A stretch of DNA of 64,000 nt from a virus. The translations under genes were made by a program, and so were the position numbers. The stretch is from IMG/VR virus record IMGVR_UViG_3300046744_000381, positions 32,001 through 96,000 of that record. One strand, 5' to 3'. Below the pieces are notes generated by a model, which did not search any database, was not told where the DNA came from, and worked only from the letters and a program-made list of their open reading frames with translations. Of this stretch, positions 18,502 through 28,171 are shown piece after piece. Each line of letters starts with the position of its first letter. The stretch's first letter is position 1.

Positions 18502-19315
18502 TAATTTCCTTTATCATTTCAGGCACTCTTTGTTCTGCCCACTGTCTTTCGTCACACCACCAGCATTCATTGCATATAGGTACATCCATACCAGGTGTGT
18601 ACTTGGTAAAATCCTTGACAACATCTGATACAACGTGATTATGATTAATATCTCCTTCACAGCTACGTGTAGTATAATATAAATCCTCCACATTGTAAAG
18701 ATAATATTGTGCAACAATCCAATCTTTTTTTACATATCTAAAAGGATGACAAAAATGTGCCTTTAATTTTGGGCTATAATAAAGAACATCTATTAATTTA
18801 GCATCTTCGGCATTTCCGTCTCTGTTTTTCATACGGTCTTCACGTGAATCGTCTGGATTCTTACTTGTAGCATTGAATACAGCATCTAAATTATATTCCC
18901 AACTTGCAAATTTGTTAAAATCTCCAACAATAATTTGATCTCCGCTTCTGCCATTTATTATAGGACCACTTACTCCGTGTTCTAATGCAGGAGGAATAAA
19001 TGTTGTATGCCTATTTTCAATAATTTCTGGATAAAGACTTTTTAATTTATTGAAAACTTGTATACTCCACCATCCTTGCCACGGTCTTGTTTCCCAACAA
19101 CGCTGATATGTAATAACATCTATTTTACAATCTAATTGATTATCTGTTATAATCTTGCCTAGCAAGTAACATAACAATGCGCTGTCTGCACCTCCACTTA
19201 AATTTACACCAATACGTTTCCACTTTTTACTAAACAGTATATCTAAATGGTTTACTTTTGTTATTATAAATTCGTCACTTAGTTTTTCATACAATTTGTT
19301 GCTTGCTTCAAACAT
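18491..19315 (-). CDS. QueC-like PP-loop ATPase (adenine nucleotide alpha-hydrolase fold)
   Basis: LSGGADS PP-loop; C-terminal TRSC...CNECWWCDER Zn motif. Start set at MFEASN (19315), overlapping the upstream stop. Confidence 0.75.
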   Translation of the reverse strand: MFEASNKLYEKLSDEFIITKVNHLDILFSKKWKRIGVNLSGGADSALLCYLLGKIITDNQLDCKIDVITYQRCWETRPWQGWWSIQVFNKLKSLYPEIIENRHTTFIPPALEHGVSGPIINGRSGDQIIVGDFNKFASWEYNLDAVFNATSKNPDDSREDRMKNRDGNAEDAKLIDVLYYSPKLKAHFCHPFRYVKKDWIVAQYYLYNVEDLYYTTRSCEGDINHNHVVSDVVKDFTKYTPGMDVPICNECWWCDERQWAEQRVPEMIKEINEF

Positions 19316-20573
19316 TTCTATAAATCCTATTTGTGTTTTTATCAAATTGATAATTTGTAAAATGGTCGTTAAATTCTTGTTTCCATATAACATCAGTTTT
19401 TTTAATATATTCTTTAAATGCTGTCCAATGTTTTTCTTCTACTTTATGATTATGAATATATTCCCAGATGTTTTTAATGCCTTGATATGCAATAAAACAA
19501 TCACTTCTATCTTTTGATGTAAATTTTGTTAGGTATGCAATAGCACTATTAAGTTCTCTTTCGGTTTCGTCTTTGAAATGCAACATCATAAGAGCAGGAT
19601 TTAGGTAGTCAGGTGTGTATATAATACTAATGTTAATAAAATCACATTCTAATTCTATAAACCCTTTAATAATATCTTTAAACTGCATAAGCTGATATAC
19701 ACCAGTTGTACATATTAGTGCAATTTTTGTTTTTTTACTTCGTACAGATTTAAAAGTTGCAATATTTTTTGCTAATGTATCCCAATCGCCGCCTCTAAAA
19801 TATTGATACATTCCTGGGCTACAATCAATACTTATTTTGACTTCACTGCTACCAAACTTATCTAAACAATCACTAAGAGCTATTGGATCAAAAGGTGCAT
19901 TAAAATTTGTATGAAACATCACAAACATATTTTTTGCATTTGGATGTTCTGCAAGTCTTTTCAGTGTTGGTAAGAATGGCTTTTGATATAATACTTCGCC
20001 GCCTGCAAAGTCTACTCTTTCTAGATTTGGAAAGTTTTCGATAAGATCATCAACTACTTCTAGTGCCATTTCGGTATTTAACTCGATGCGTAGATCTTCG
20101 TCAATGTGTTCTCTATGCATATCTTGTGTAAGTTGTAGTAAATTATGTTCACGATCAATTTCATCAGGCTGATAACGTTTTAGTTTTGTCATCCATCCAC
20201 TACTAAAAGCTGCACTACAATGTAGACAAGCCATATTACAAGCATTACTAAAACGTATTTCGATAGTTTTAAGGCCTTCAAATTTAGTAGCACCTGTGCC
20301 ATAATCAGTGTAGCTTGTATCAGGCGGAGATTCCTGTCTCATACTAATACCGGCATTTTGTTCTTCAACGACTTGACACATATCACAGCCTCTAGGCCAG
20401 TTACCTTGGAGTAAATCTAGTCTGTGTTTTTTAAATGCGTCATTGTTAAAATACTGACTAGGTAAATGTCCTTTTGCTAACCATTGTAATCTGTCAGATT
20501 GCTGTGGACAACTTGTAGCAAATTGTTGTTTCAAATTTAAACCACCTAATGCATAATAACAAGGCTTACTCAT
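19308..20573 (-). CDS. N-terminal twitch-domain radical SAM protein (class A, variant)
   Basis: PCYY...TSCP...CDMC; CNMACLHC; AGGEV; HTN; SIDC. Confidence 0.88.
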   Translation of the reverse strand: MSKPCYYALGGLNLKQQFATSCPQQSDRLQWLAKGHLPSQYFNNDAFKKHRLDLLQGNWPRGCDMCQVVEEQNAGISMRQESPPDTSYTDYGTGATKFEGLKTIEIRFSNACNMACLHCSAAFSSGWMTKLKRYQPDEIDREHNLLQLTQDMHREHIDEDLRIELNTEMALEVVDDLIENFPNLERVDFAGGEVLYQKPFLPTLKRLAEHPNAKNMFVMFHTNFNAPFDPIALSDCLDKFGSSEVKISIDCSPGMYQYFRGGDWDTLAKNIATFKSVRSKKTKIALICTTGVYQLMQFKDIIKGFIELECDFINISIIYTPDYLNPALMMLHFKDETERELNSAIAYLTKFTSKDRSDCFIAYQGIKNIWEYIHNHKVEEKHWTAFKEYIKKTDVIWKQEFNDHFTNYQFDKNTNRIYRNV

Positions 20574-21972
20574 TAAATATATCCTTCATTTCTGGAAATG
20601 TTTCTTCAAATGTTATTCCACGTTGTCGATCACACAAGGATAAAAATTCTTTCATTTCGGGTAGTCGTCTACTCCAATCTTCACTTTCCATAAAATTTAC
20701 CATACCTTGTAAACGTTTGATACCATATCCTGCATCTCGCCATTGATCGTATGTGACAGCTTTTTTACCGTGCTTGTACCATATAGGTACTCCCTTTTCC
20801 CAATTATCTTCCCACCAAGGATAAAACTCTTCATATTTTTTGCGTACTTCTGCCTTAAACCATTTAGGCAAAACTTTTACATTTAAATGAGGAGGGTGAT
20901 ATACAAAATGATAATTTATTCCTCCTGCACCAAATGGCCACATATTTACTTTTTGAAATCCTTGTTCTAACTTCCATTTTATAAAGTCAGGCAAGTAATA
21001 AATGTTTAATGCTTGAACTGCACAAGCAACTGTAATTTCAACATTTACACTTGTTTGTTTATCTAATATATGAAATACTTCTTCTGTGCGCTTCCATTTG
21101 CTAGGATAGCGTATATAATCATTCATTTCGTGAATACTATCAACACTATAATGAAAACGTACTAGCTTGAACTGTTTCCACAAGTCAAATAAATCTTCGC
21201 GCCACTCTACACCATTTGAATTATAGCGTAGTTCTAAATCCTTTGCGATACCCTGTCGTATTGCTTCTTCAAGAATCTCATAATGTTCTTCAATTATTAA
21301 ACTTTCGCCACCTGCAAAGTAAATTTGTTGCATATTAGGCATCTGGTCATAAAACTGTTTCCAAAACACAGGATTTTGTTTATGCCAATTATAACTACTG
21401 CCGTTTGTACTGCCCTTATCCTGCCATTGCATTGTTTCTTTAAGGCTTTTGTTTTGTACAGCAGGAAATATTTTTTTATAATCTTTAATCCACCCTGAAC
21501 TATCGTGTGGTGAACACATTACACAAGCAAGTTGACATTTAGTACCAAAACGTAAATCAATGTATGCCAACTGTGGAGGTACTTCTCCATCTTCAGTAGT
21601 ATTAGCAATTAGTTCATCTACATTAGTGCGTTGACTCCAATATTCAGTTTCCCACATACGCTTACTATTGTGTCCTGCTGCTTCTTCTCTATAACACTTC
21701 AAACAACTAGGTGGCTTTTCGCCATTCATCATTTGCTTACGCACATTTTTCATATACTCGCTATTCCAAGCAGTTTGAAAATCTGTTACGTTAAGATTAT
21801 TAGGTTTGCCGTCATCGGTTTTAAGAATACCAACTTGTCCACCGTGCTCTTTATCATTTGTAGGACCAACCGAACTTGCATTTGCTGTGCAACAAACTCT
21901 CATACTACCGTCTGGTCTTGTGCTAAGATGTACCCAAGGAAGGATACAAAACGTGTCACTTACTTTATTCAT
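20566..21972 (-). CDS. N-terminal twitch-domain radical SAM protein (class A)
   Basis: CILPW...VCC...CLKC; CQLACVMC; AGGES; YNSNG. Looks most like 12429..13757. A TAAGTA box lies 4 nt before the ATG. Confidence 0.9.
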   Translation of the reverse strand: MNKVSDTFCILPWVHLSTRPDGSMRVCCTANASSVGPTNDKEHGGQVGILKTDDGKPNNLNVTDFQTAWNSEYMKNVRKQMMNGEKPPSCLKCYREEAAGHNSKRMWETEYWSQRTNVDELIANTTEDGEVPPQLAYIDLRFGTKCQLACVMCSPHDSSGWIKDYKKIFPAVQNKSLKETMQWQDKGSTNGSSYNWHKQNPVFWKQFYDQMPNMQQIYFAGGESLIIEEHYEILEEAIRQGIAKDLELRYNSNGVEWREDLFDLWKQFKLVRFHYSVDSIHEMNDYIRYPSKWKRTEEVFHILDKQTSVNVEITVACAVQALNIYYLPDFIKWKLEQGFQKVNMWPFGAGGINYHFVYHPPHLNVKVLPKWFKAEVRKKYEEFYPWWEDNWEKGVPIWYKHGKKAVTYDQWRDAGYGIKRLQGMVNFMESEDWSRRLPEMKEFLSLCDRQRGITFEETFPEMKDIFNE

Positions 21973-23063
21973 ACTGTACTTATGTTATTATCTATGTAGT
22001 TTATTTCATTATGATATGCTTTGTTTTTTGCACAAGTTCTAATACATCTACTTAAATGCATTTCGTGTTCCGGATCCCAACTTGCATACAATAACTTTTT
22101 ATACCAAGTGTGTTCTAAAATTTCTTCTTTACTATGGTGCCGTAAACTATTCCAATTTGGTTCAAATTTATTTAACTTATCTAGTATGCCTTCCTTATTT
22201 TTGAAAGCACTATCCCAAAGAAAACAACAAGGCCATAATGTTAAATCGCTTGCAATAAATATTTCACCTTCGTGAATGTATTTGCACACAACTGTTTTTA
22301 AAATTTCTTGTTTTTTTGTTTCAAAATCTTTATTTTGTTTTTTTGCTTTGTATTGGGCAATAAATTTATCTAAATCTTTTACATCTTTTTTCTTACTATG
22401 TTCCTTAGACCCTGTAGTAGTAATTTTCTTTTCTTCAACTACAACTTTTTTAATTTCCTTGTCTTTTTTAGAAATTTTTGCTATCCAGTCGTGATAGCTG
22501 TTACGCATACCGGTTCTTGTAGCAAAAGTAAATCCTAAACTTTCAGCGTGTATTTTTGCTTTATCAACTTCGTGTTCATTATGGTCAAATATAATATAAA
22601 TCCAACTTGCACTTCCTGTAGGAGCATAAAAACTATATGCTTGCATATTACGTGATACAATATTAAATTTTGTGTTTACTCTATATATGTGATTAGTTTG
22701 CTCGTGGCCGTCTACGCAAAAATGTATAAACACTAGTCCAGGTCTTTCGGCTGCGATTTTACCTAGCCTTGCCCACCATTCAGCTTTTTGTATTCCTCCG
22801 TTGGTACTAAGTTCGCAGTATCCTCCCATACTTGATAGGTAATCAACCATATCAACACATTCGATATGCAGTGCAGGATCTCCTAGTACACCGCAAAACT
22901 TAAATTCTACTCCAGTATAATCATCAGGTGGAAATATACGTTTTATATCCTCAAATGTAAAACTTTGTATAGTCAATAGATCTTTGTTAAGTGTTCTAGC
23001 ACACCCCGGACAGGCTGCATTACAATCACTTGTGATTTCTAATTCTACTTTTTTAATTTTCAT
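21969..23063 (-). CDS. Radical SAM protein with C-terminal SPASM/twitch (class C)
   Basis: LEITSDCNAACPGCAR, CGVLGDP, STNGG; C-terminal C...PCC...CIRTC. Confidence 0.9.
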   Translation of the reverse strand: MKIKKVELEITSDCNAACPGCARTLNKDLLTIQSFTFEDIKRIFPPDDYTGVEFKFCGVLGDPALHIECVDMVDYLSSMGGYCELSTNGGIQKAEWWARLGKIAAERPGLVFIHFCVDGHEQTNHIYRVNTKFNIVSRNMQAYSFYAPTGSASWIYIIFDHNEHEVDKAKIHAESLGFTFATRTGMRNSYHDWIAKISKKDKEIKKVVVEEKKITTTGSKEHSKKKDVKDLDKFIAQYKAKKQNKDFETKKQEILKTVVCKYIHEGEIFIASDLTLWPCCFLWDSAFKNKEGILDKLNKFEPNWNSLRHHSKEEILEHTWYKKLLYASWDPEHEMHLSRCIRTCAKNKAYHNEINYIDNNISTV

Positions 23064-23083
23064 AATATGCGCACTTTACTTAG

Positions 23084-23098
23084 CTAAATATATTTATG
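23084..23098. promoter_or_regulatory. Back-to-back late-like promoters in the palindrome TAAATATATTTA
   Basis: CTAAATA on + (23084-23090), 5 nt before ATG 23096; CATAAATA on - (23098-23091), upstream of ATG 23063. Confidence 0.6.
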
Positions 23099-24301
23099 AA
23101 TAACAAATTGTGTGCTGCACCTTTTATATCTTTTTATACAGGCTCTAATCATAAAGTGACTAGCTGCTGTGCTATGTATGACCCGATAGGTAATAGCAAT
23201 AAAGACACATTTGAAAACATTATGAATTCAACCACTGCAAAACGTGTGCGTAAAACGTTAATGAACAACGAATTTCCGCCTGAATGTTCTGCTTGTGCAG
23301 ATGTTGAAAAACAAACAGGAGATATTGCAAGTGTAAGGAAATTTAGTAATCGCTTAGTAGACAATACAGATTTTTTAAATAATACTGCATCAGACGGAAC
23401 TTTAATAAAACAAACTCCTGTGTTTTTAGATTTACTGTTCAGTAATAAATGTAATTTTGCTTGTATGGGGTGTGATCCTACACTTAGCAGTACTATTGCA
23501 GACAAATACACAGACGCATATGATCTAGTTTTTGATAAATCCTATGAAAGAAAAAATTGGCACAATAAATCAGATATTGTAGATTATATATTAAAATATA
23601 AAGATAGTATTAGGCTTATACATTTCAACGGTGGTGAACCATTTATGCAGACAGAAGTTCACGAAATCTTAGACGTGCTAAAAAAACATAATTTACAAAA
23701 ACAAATAAAAATATGGTCACATACAAACGGAAGTGTAAAAAAATATAAAGGCGTTGATGTTATAGAAGACTACTTACAATATTGGGGAGAAAATTGCGAA
23801 ATTAGTTTAAGCCACGATTTACATTATGCCAAAGGCGAATATGTTAGATACGGACTTGTAACTAAAAAATGGGAAGAAAATTTTCAACGTATTACAGATG
23901 CAAACATAATGATTAATATACATACAAGTTACAATATTTTTAATTGTTTACATTTGTGCGATTTATTTGATTACTATACAAAACATTTAAATCATAAAGG
24001 CGATTTAAGTTTATGTCCCTGGTATAATCCTAAGCCGTTTACTGCTCCACTAGCACAAGTTAACAGTGATATACTTTACAAAGCAAATGACCAACTTAAC
24101 GAAATGCAAATGATATTAGCCAAAGGTGGTAAAAATATTGCGTGGAATACTAGAGAACTTAGAAACTTTTTAAACATCAAATGGGAAGATATAGAAGAAC
24201 AACATAATAGATTTAAAAAATCAATAACTAAATTTGACTTACTTAGAAATACTAATTTTGTAGAAACATTTCCAGAGCTGCGTTGTCTTTATGAAAATTG
24301 A
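23096..24301 (+). CDS. N-terminal twitch-domain radical SAM protein (class A), inverted orientation
   Basis: CAAPF...SCC...CSAC; CNFACMGC; NGGEP; HTNG. Confidence 0.9.
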   Translation: MNNKLCAAPFISFYTGSNHKVTSCCAMYDPIGNSNKDTFENIMNSTTAKRVRKTLMNNEFPPECSACADVEKQTGDIASVRKFSNRLVDNTDFLNNTASDGTLIKQTPVFLDLLFSNKCNFACMGCDPTLSSTIADKYTDAYDLVFDKSYERKNWHNKSDIVDYILKYKDSIRLIHFNGGEPFMQTEVHEILDVLKKHNLQKQIKIWSHTNGSVKKYKGVDVIEDYLQYWGENCEISLSHDLHYAKGEYVRYGLVTKKWEENFQRITDANIMINIHTSYNIFNCLHLCDLFDYYTKHLNHKGDLSLCPWYNPKPFTAPLAQVNSDILYKANDQLNEMQMILAKGGKNIAWNTRELRNFLNIKWEDIEEQHNRFKKSITKFDLLRNTNFVETFPELRCLYEN

Positions 24302-25374
24302 GCTGCAAATGGATCAAATTTTGCTCCGCATTTTTCACTACAAACTCCTAATTTACCTTCTTTAATTGATTGTGCATTCCAACTATCTTCGATGCTTTTT
24401 AACAAAGGTCCGTCCATTACTTTTTTCATATCATTCATTATTACATTGATGCCGCCTTTGCCGCCTGCTTTATCAATATGATCCCATATTTGTTCTACTT
24501 TAGGATCTTTATGCCACCATTTATACATACGTCCAGCAGTCCAACAACAAGGCATTAGTAACCCTTCTGCTGTAATAAAAATATTTCCAGCGTCTTTGAC
24601 TTTGCATTTTATTTTAGCTACGTTGTAATAATCCATCATAGTGCCGTATTGTTTAGCAATCGTTTCTTGTTTTGCAAGTTCTTTATTTGCAAACTTTACT
24701 TCATTTGGCTTTGATAATGTTTGTGTTTTTTCGCCTTTACGATTTATAGCTTGATGTTTTTCTTTACCAGTCATTTTCTTAGTACTGTAGAAACGTCCTG
24801 TTTTTTTCTTTATAAACTTTTCACAACCCCATTCGTTTGCAAGACGTTCTGCTTCTTCTACTTGATGCTCGTTGTGTTGGAATATAATATAATCCCAACG
24901 TGCTCTACCGCCTGCTGCAATAAAAGCCTTCATATTTGTTTCAACTTTATCCCATTGTACATTTTGTCTATATAAATGATTTGTATCCTCTAGTCCGTCA
25001 ACACTAAAAATTACAGCACCGTTGCGGCCAAAAACTTGTGCAAGTTCCATCCACCAAGGCATATCTCTAGCGCCAGCATTGGTATTCATACTAAGCCACA
25101 TTGTAGGATTATGTTCTCTAAAATATTTGAATATTTCTAATGTATCTTTTGCAACTATAGGATCACCTAAGTTTCCACACATATACATAGTTTTTAATTG
25201 TTTAATAAAATCAGGTTTAAAAATTTTTTTTGCTTTTTGCAAAGTTATTTCAGCATTTGTTAAATGAGGATTGTCGTCACCACCATTCATATTCCTATCG
25301 CACATAGGACAGGCTGCTTGACATTTTTGTGTTATTTCTAAATGTACTTCTTTTACATCTTCATACTTATACAT
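24289..25374 (-). CDS. Radical SAM protein with C-terminal SPASM/twitch (class C)
   Basis: LEITQKCQAACPMCDR, CGNLGDP, SVDG; C...PCC...CSEKC; paralogue of 21969..23063. Confidence 0.9.
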   Translation of the reverse strand: MYKYEDVKEVHLEITQKCQAACPMCDRNMNGGDDNPHLTNAEITLQKAKKIFKPDFIKQLKTMYMCGNLGDPIVAKDTLEIFKYFREHNPTMWLSMNTNAGARDMPWWMELAQVFGRNGAVIFSVDGLEDTNHLYRQNVQWDKVETNMKAFIAAGGRARWDYIIFQHNEHQVEEAERLANEWGCEKFIKKKTGRFYSTKKMTGKEKHQAINRKGEKTQTLSKPNEVKFANKELAKQETIAKQYGTMMDYYNVAKIKCKVKDAGNIFITAEGLLMPCCWTAGRMYKWWHKDPKVEQIWDHIDKAGGKGGINVIMNDMKKVMDGPLLKSIEDSWNAQSIKEGKLGVCSEKCGAKFDPFAAQFS

Positions 25375-25796
25375 TCAATTTCCTCAAAACCACCTGCTGG
25401 TGTAAAATAATAGTTATCAAACTTTTTCATCTCTCTATGAAAAGATTGCATTTTATCTGCAGGGAATACAATACTTAAATTATTAACTATTCCTACTGAT
25501 TTGTCAAGAACTTTTTTTGCTTTATTATGAATACATCGTCCAAAATGAAATCCTCCTAACAATATTTTTTTATGTTTCAAATCCTGTAAATCACAGGAAT
25601 TAATTCCTTGAAACCAATCGGATATTTCTCTGCCACTACCATCAACAAAAATATCAGCATATCTTTCTAATTCCGGAATCATTGATTTTAAGTAATGAGA
25701 AAATGCAAAACATTGACTAAGAAGATCAGGAAACTGTTTTACATCTTCATCTTCACAATATTTCCAAGGATCTATTATTACAAACGCTGTTTTCAT
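25353..25796 (-). CDS. Isochorismatase/cysteine-hydrolase-like protein
   Basis: AFVIIDPW N-terminus and LGGFHFGRCI (catalytic-Cys-like segment). Confidence 0.45.
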   Translation of the reverse strand: MKTAFVIIDPWKYCEDEDVKQFPDLLSQCFAFSHYLKSMIPELERYADIFVDGSGREISDWFQGINSCDLQDLKHKKILLGGFHFGRCIHNKAKKVLDKSVGIVNNLSIVFPADKMQSFHREMKKFDNYYFTPAGGFEEIECISMKM

Positions 25797-26878
25797 TTAT
25801 TATTTCCATAATCTAGCCAAGGATTAAAATTATAGGCTTTTTCTATAGGAGGATCATCTGGATGAACCAATACATAAACACTAGGATTTTCATCTACTAT
25901 CCAGCCTCCGTGTTTTTTTACATAATACTGTACTAACAAACTATAACTTCCGTCAGTTAAATCTGTGTTTGATTTATAAGAATTACTACTAAATTTAATC
26001 TTGTTGCCGTACCGTAAAATATGCACCGCCATATTTTCGGCTTGCTTTTCTCTTGCTAGTGCTATGCCACCAAATAAATCATAACCTAAATTTAAATCTT
26101 CAGATAATTTACGCAATGCTATATTATCTCTCGGATGACAAGGACCACCGTCTCCCATACCGGCCTTCATATAAGCATTACTCATAATTCTTTTAGTGCT
26201 GTTTGCTAGTGCATCTGTTACTACATCCACATTAATGTTTCCTTTTTTTACAGCCACATCCTGTATCATATTAACAATACCGAGTTTTGTGCTTATAAAG
26301 GTGTTATAAAATACTTTAATACATTCGCATTCGTCCCAAGTACCGGTAACTATACTACAATCGTTTTCTGTAATACTTTGGTAGAATTCTTCAAGCAACA
26401 CATCCGGCTCGCCATTTTCTGTGCCAATCATAATCATTTCTGGATTCAACATATCATTTGCGACTGTTCCCATAGCAATTAAATAAGGATTATAACTTAA
26501 ATTGGTATTTGTTACTAAAGGTGAAATTTGTTCACGCATAACACCAGGAAGCACTGTACTAATAACAACTAATCTTTGATTACGATTCATATGTTTATTG
26601 CATTCAATTACTGCTTCTTTAAGTTGAGTGTAATCAAAATCTTTTGCTGGCAGATGTGTAATAGGCAGACTGCCGTCATATTCGGATTGATGAGGTGTAG
26701 CAACTGAAATAAAAACTATTTCTGCGCCGGAAACAGCTCCTTGTATATTAGGCCATAGCGTTATATGCTTGCTATGTTTTTTTATTTTATCGTATCCGTT
26801 AATACAATGACCTTTTTGAGCTGCTGCTTCTGCGCAAGGCATTCCTAACTTTCCTAATCCTATAAAACTAACGTTCAT
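25793..26878 (-). CDS. ugd: UDP-glucose/GDP-mannose 6-dehydrogenase family protein (short C-terminal domain)
   Basis: IGLGKLG, SVATP, STVLPG, YNP, KVFYNTF, GDGGPCHPRD (catalytic Cys). Confidence 0.85.
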   Translation of the reverse strand: MNVSFIGLGKLGMPCAEAAAQKGHCINGYDKIKKHSKHITLWPNIQGAVSGAEIVFISVATPHQSEYDGSLPITHLPAKDFDYTQLKEAVIECNKHMNRNQRLVVISTVLPGVMREQISPLVTNTNLSYNPYLIAMGTVANDMLNPEMIMIGTENGEPDVLLEEFYQSITENDCSIVTGTWDECECIKVFYNTFISTKLGIVNMIQDVAVKKGNINVDVVTDALANSTKRIMSNAYMKAGMGDGGPCHPRDNIALRKLSEDLNLGYDLFGGIALAREKQAENMAVHILRYGNKIKFSSNSYKSNTDLTDGSYSLLVQYYVKKHGGWIVDENPSVYVLVHPDDPPIEKAYNFNPWLDYGNNK

Positions 26879-27957
26879 TAAACTGCTCCATTGGTAATTA
26901 AATTAAAATTATCGTACGTGGCATTTTTATTGTAAAGAACATTATATAACTCGAAATTATGTTTTACACGTTCAGCCATTTGATTTCTAATTTTAATTAA
27001 ATGTTTTTCGTCGTATGTAGAAAATCTTTTTAAATTATCAACTATAATTTGTATCCTTGTTTGTAACGGCAAATCAAAATCATACGACTCGTCAATCCAA
27101 GGAGCAAATGTATAGTAACCTAAATCTCGCATCCTATCCAGTGTTCCAGGGCATCCTAAATTGATAAAGGGCATTCCTATTGCAGGAGCTTTAAAAGATT
27201 TTTCTGTAAGAAACATTTTATTATTATCAACCCAAGTTTCTGTATTTAGAAATAAAAAACTATATTTGCATTGTTTTGGAAATTTATAAACAGGATTCAC
27301 ATTTTTTAGATCCGGTTCATCTAAAATGTCGAATTTAAAATTTTTAAAATTTGTTTCAGGATGTTGTTCATAATATTGATACATTTGTTCATAAGCATCA
27401 GCAAAAGTAGTATATCCATATTTTGCTAGATTGTTTTCAAAAATCTTTTCTATAAGTGATGCTCTATGATATCTATAGGCTCTATTTAAATTCATATATA
27501 TTTTTTTTGGTTTATACTTTACTACATTTTTTACTGGCTCTAAAAATTTATAAAATATAGGATTAGTAATATGAATTATGTTCGGGTCGTTTGTTTTACA
27601 TTTTTCTGGGGAAACAATATAAATTTTTGATTGAATAAATTTGCTTATGCGTTTTACAGTTTCAATTAATGTTTTATTTGATTCTAGTAAATCGCATATT
27701 ACAATTTTATTTTTTTCTTTCTCTAAAAAATCTTTATGTCTATTTAAAAATCCAATGATTTCAAATTCCCATTTATCAATGTATATCTGGTCTTCGCTGT
27801 TTATATAAAAAATAGGAATAATTTTTGGATAATCATCATCACGTTTTGTATAAACGATTTCTGTATTAGCTTCCTTCAAGTAATCATCTGTAAAATCTAG
27901 TTGAGCATATCTTGTTTGGTCTTCGTCAAACAATAAAATAATATTTTTATCTTTCAT
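26878..27957 (-). CDS. Glycosyltransferase-like protein ('TEK' family)
   Basis: LNRAYRYHR, TET, FLTEKSFKAPAIGMPFINLG, GYYTF..WIDESYD; paralogue of 156..1217. Confidence 0.5.
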   Translation of the reverse strand: MKDKNIILLFDEDQTRYAQLDFTDDYLKEANTEIVYTKRDDDYPKIIPIFYINSEDQIYIDKWEFEIIGFLNRHKDFLEKEKNKIVICDLLESNKTLIETVKRISKFIQSKIYIVSPEKCKTNDPNIIHITNPIFYKFLEPVKNVVKYKPKKIYMNLNRAYRYHRASLIEKIFENNLAKYGYTTFADAYEQMYQYYEQHPETNFKNFKFDILDEPDLKNVNPVYKFPKQCKYSFLFLNTETWVDNNKMFLTEKSFKAPAIGMPFINLGCPGTLDRMRDLGYYTFAPWIDESYDFDLPLQTRIQIIVDNLKRFSTYDEKHLIKIRNQMAERVKHNFELYNVLYNKNATYDNFNLITNGAV

Positions 27958-28171
27958 AAATTAATTTTATATCCTTACCGGGGCCAACTTTACTTGGTAA
28001 ATCTCCATATTGTTCAATATACCATTCTATTACAGCTATGTACCATTTTTGACTATTGTGATGCGCTTTTTTATTAAACTGCCAAATATTATCATTTGTT
28101 GCTTGCATAGTACTCAAAGCTCTAGCACTTTCTTTCTGCATTTCTCTTAATGTCAAATTACTTAAATCCAA
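27947..28171 (-). CDS. Small hypothetical protein (74 aa)
   Basis: Fills the gap exactly, overlapping both neighbours. Confidence 0.6.
   Translation of the reverse strand: MDLSNLTLREMQKESARALSTMQATNDNIWQFNKKAHHNSQKWYIAVIEWYIEQYGDLPSKVGPGKDIKLIYER

Noticed and set aside
18491-19315. 7-deazaguanine DNA modification pathway (queC)
   Set aside because: No folE, queD, queE or dpdA in the window, and none of the rSAMs resembles the short QueE type, so the gene symbol was withheld.
11284-25374. RiPP biosynthetic cluster interpretation
   Set aside because: No precursor-like short ORF, PqqD/RRE domain, peptidase or transporter is visible, and the intergenic gaps are too small to hide one. Not excluded for sequence outside the window.
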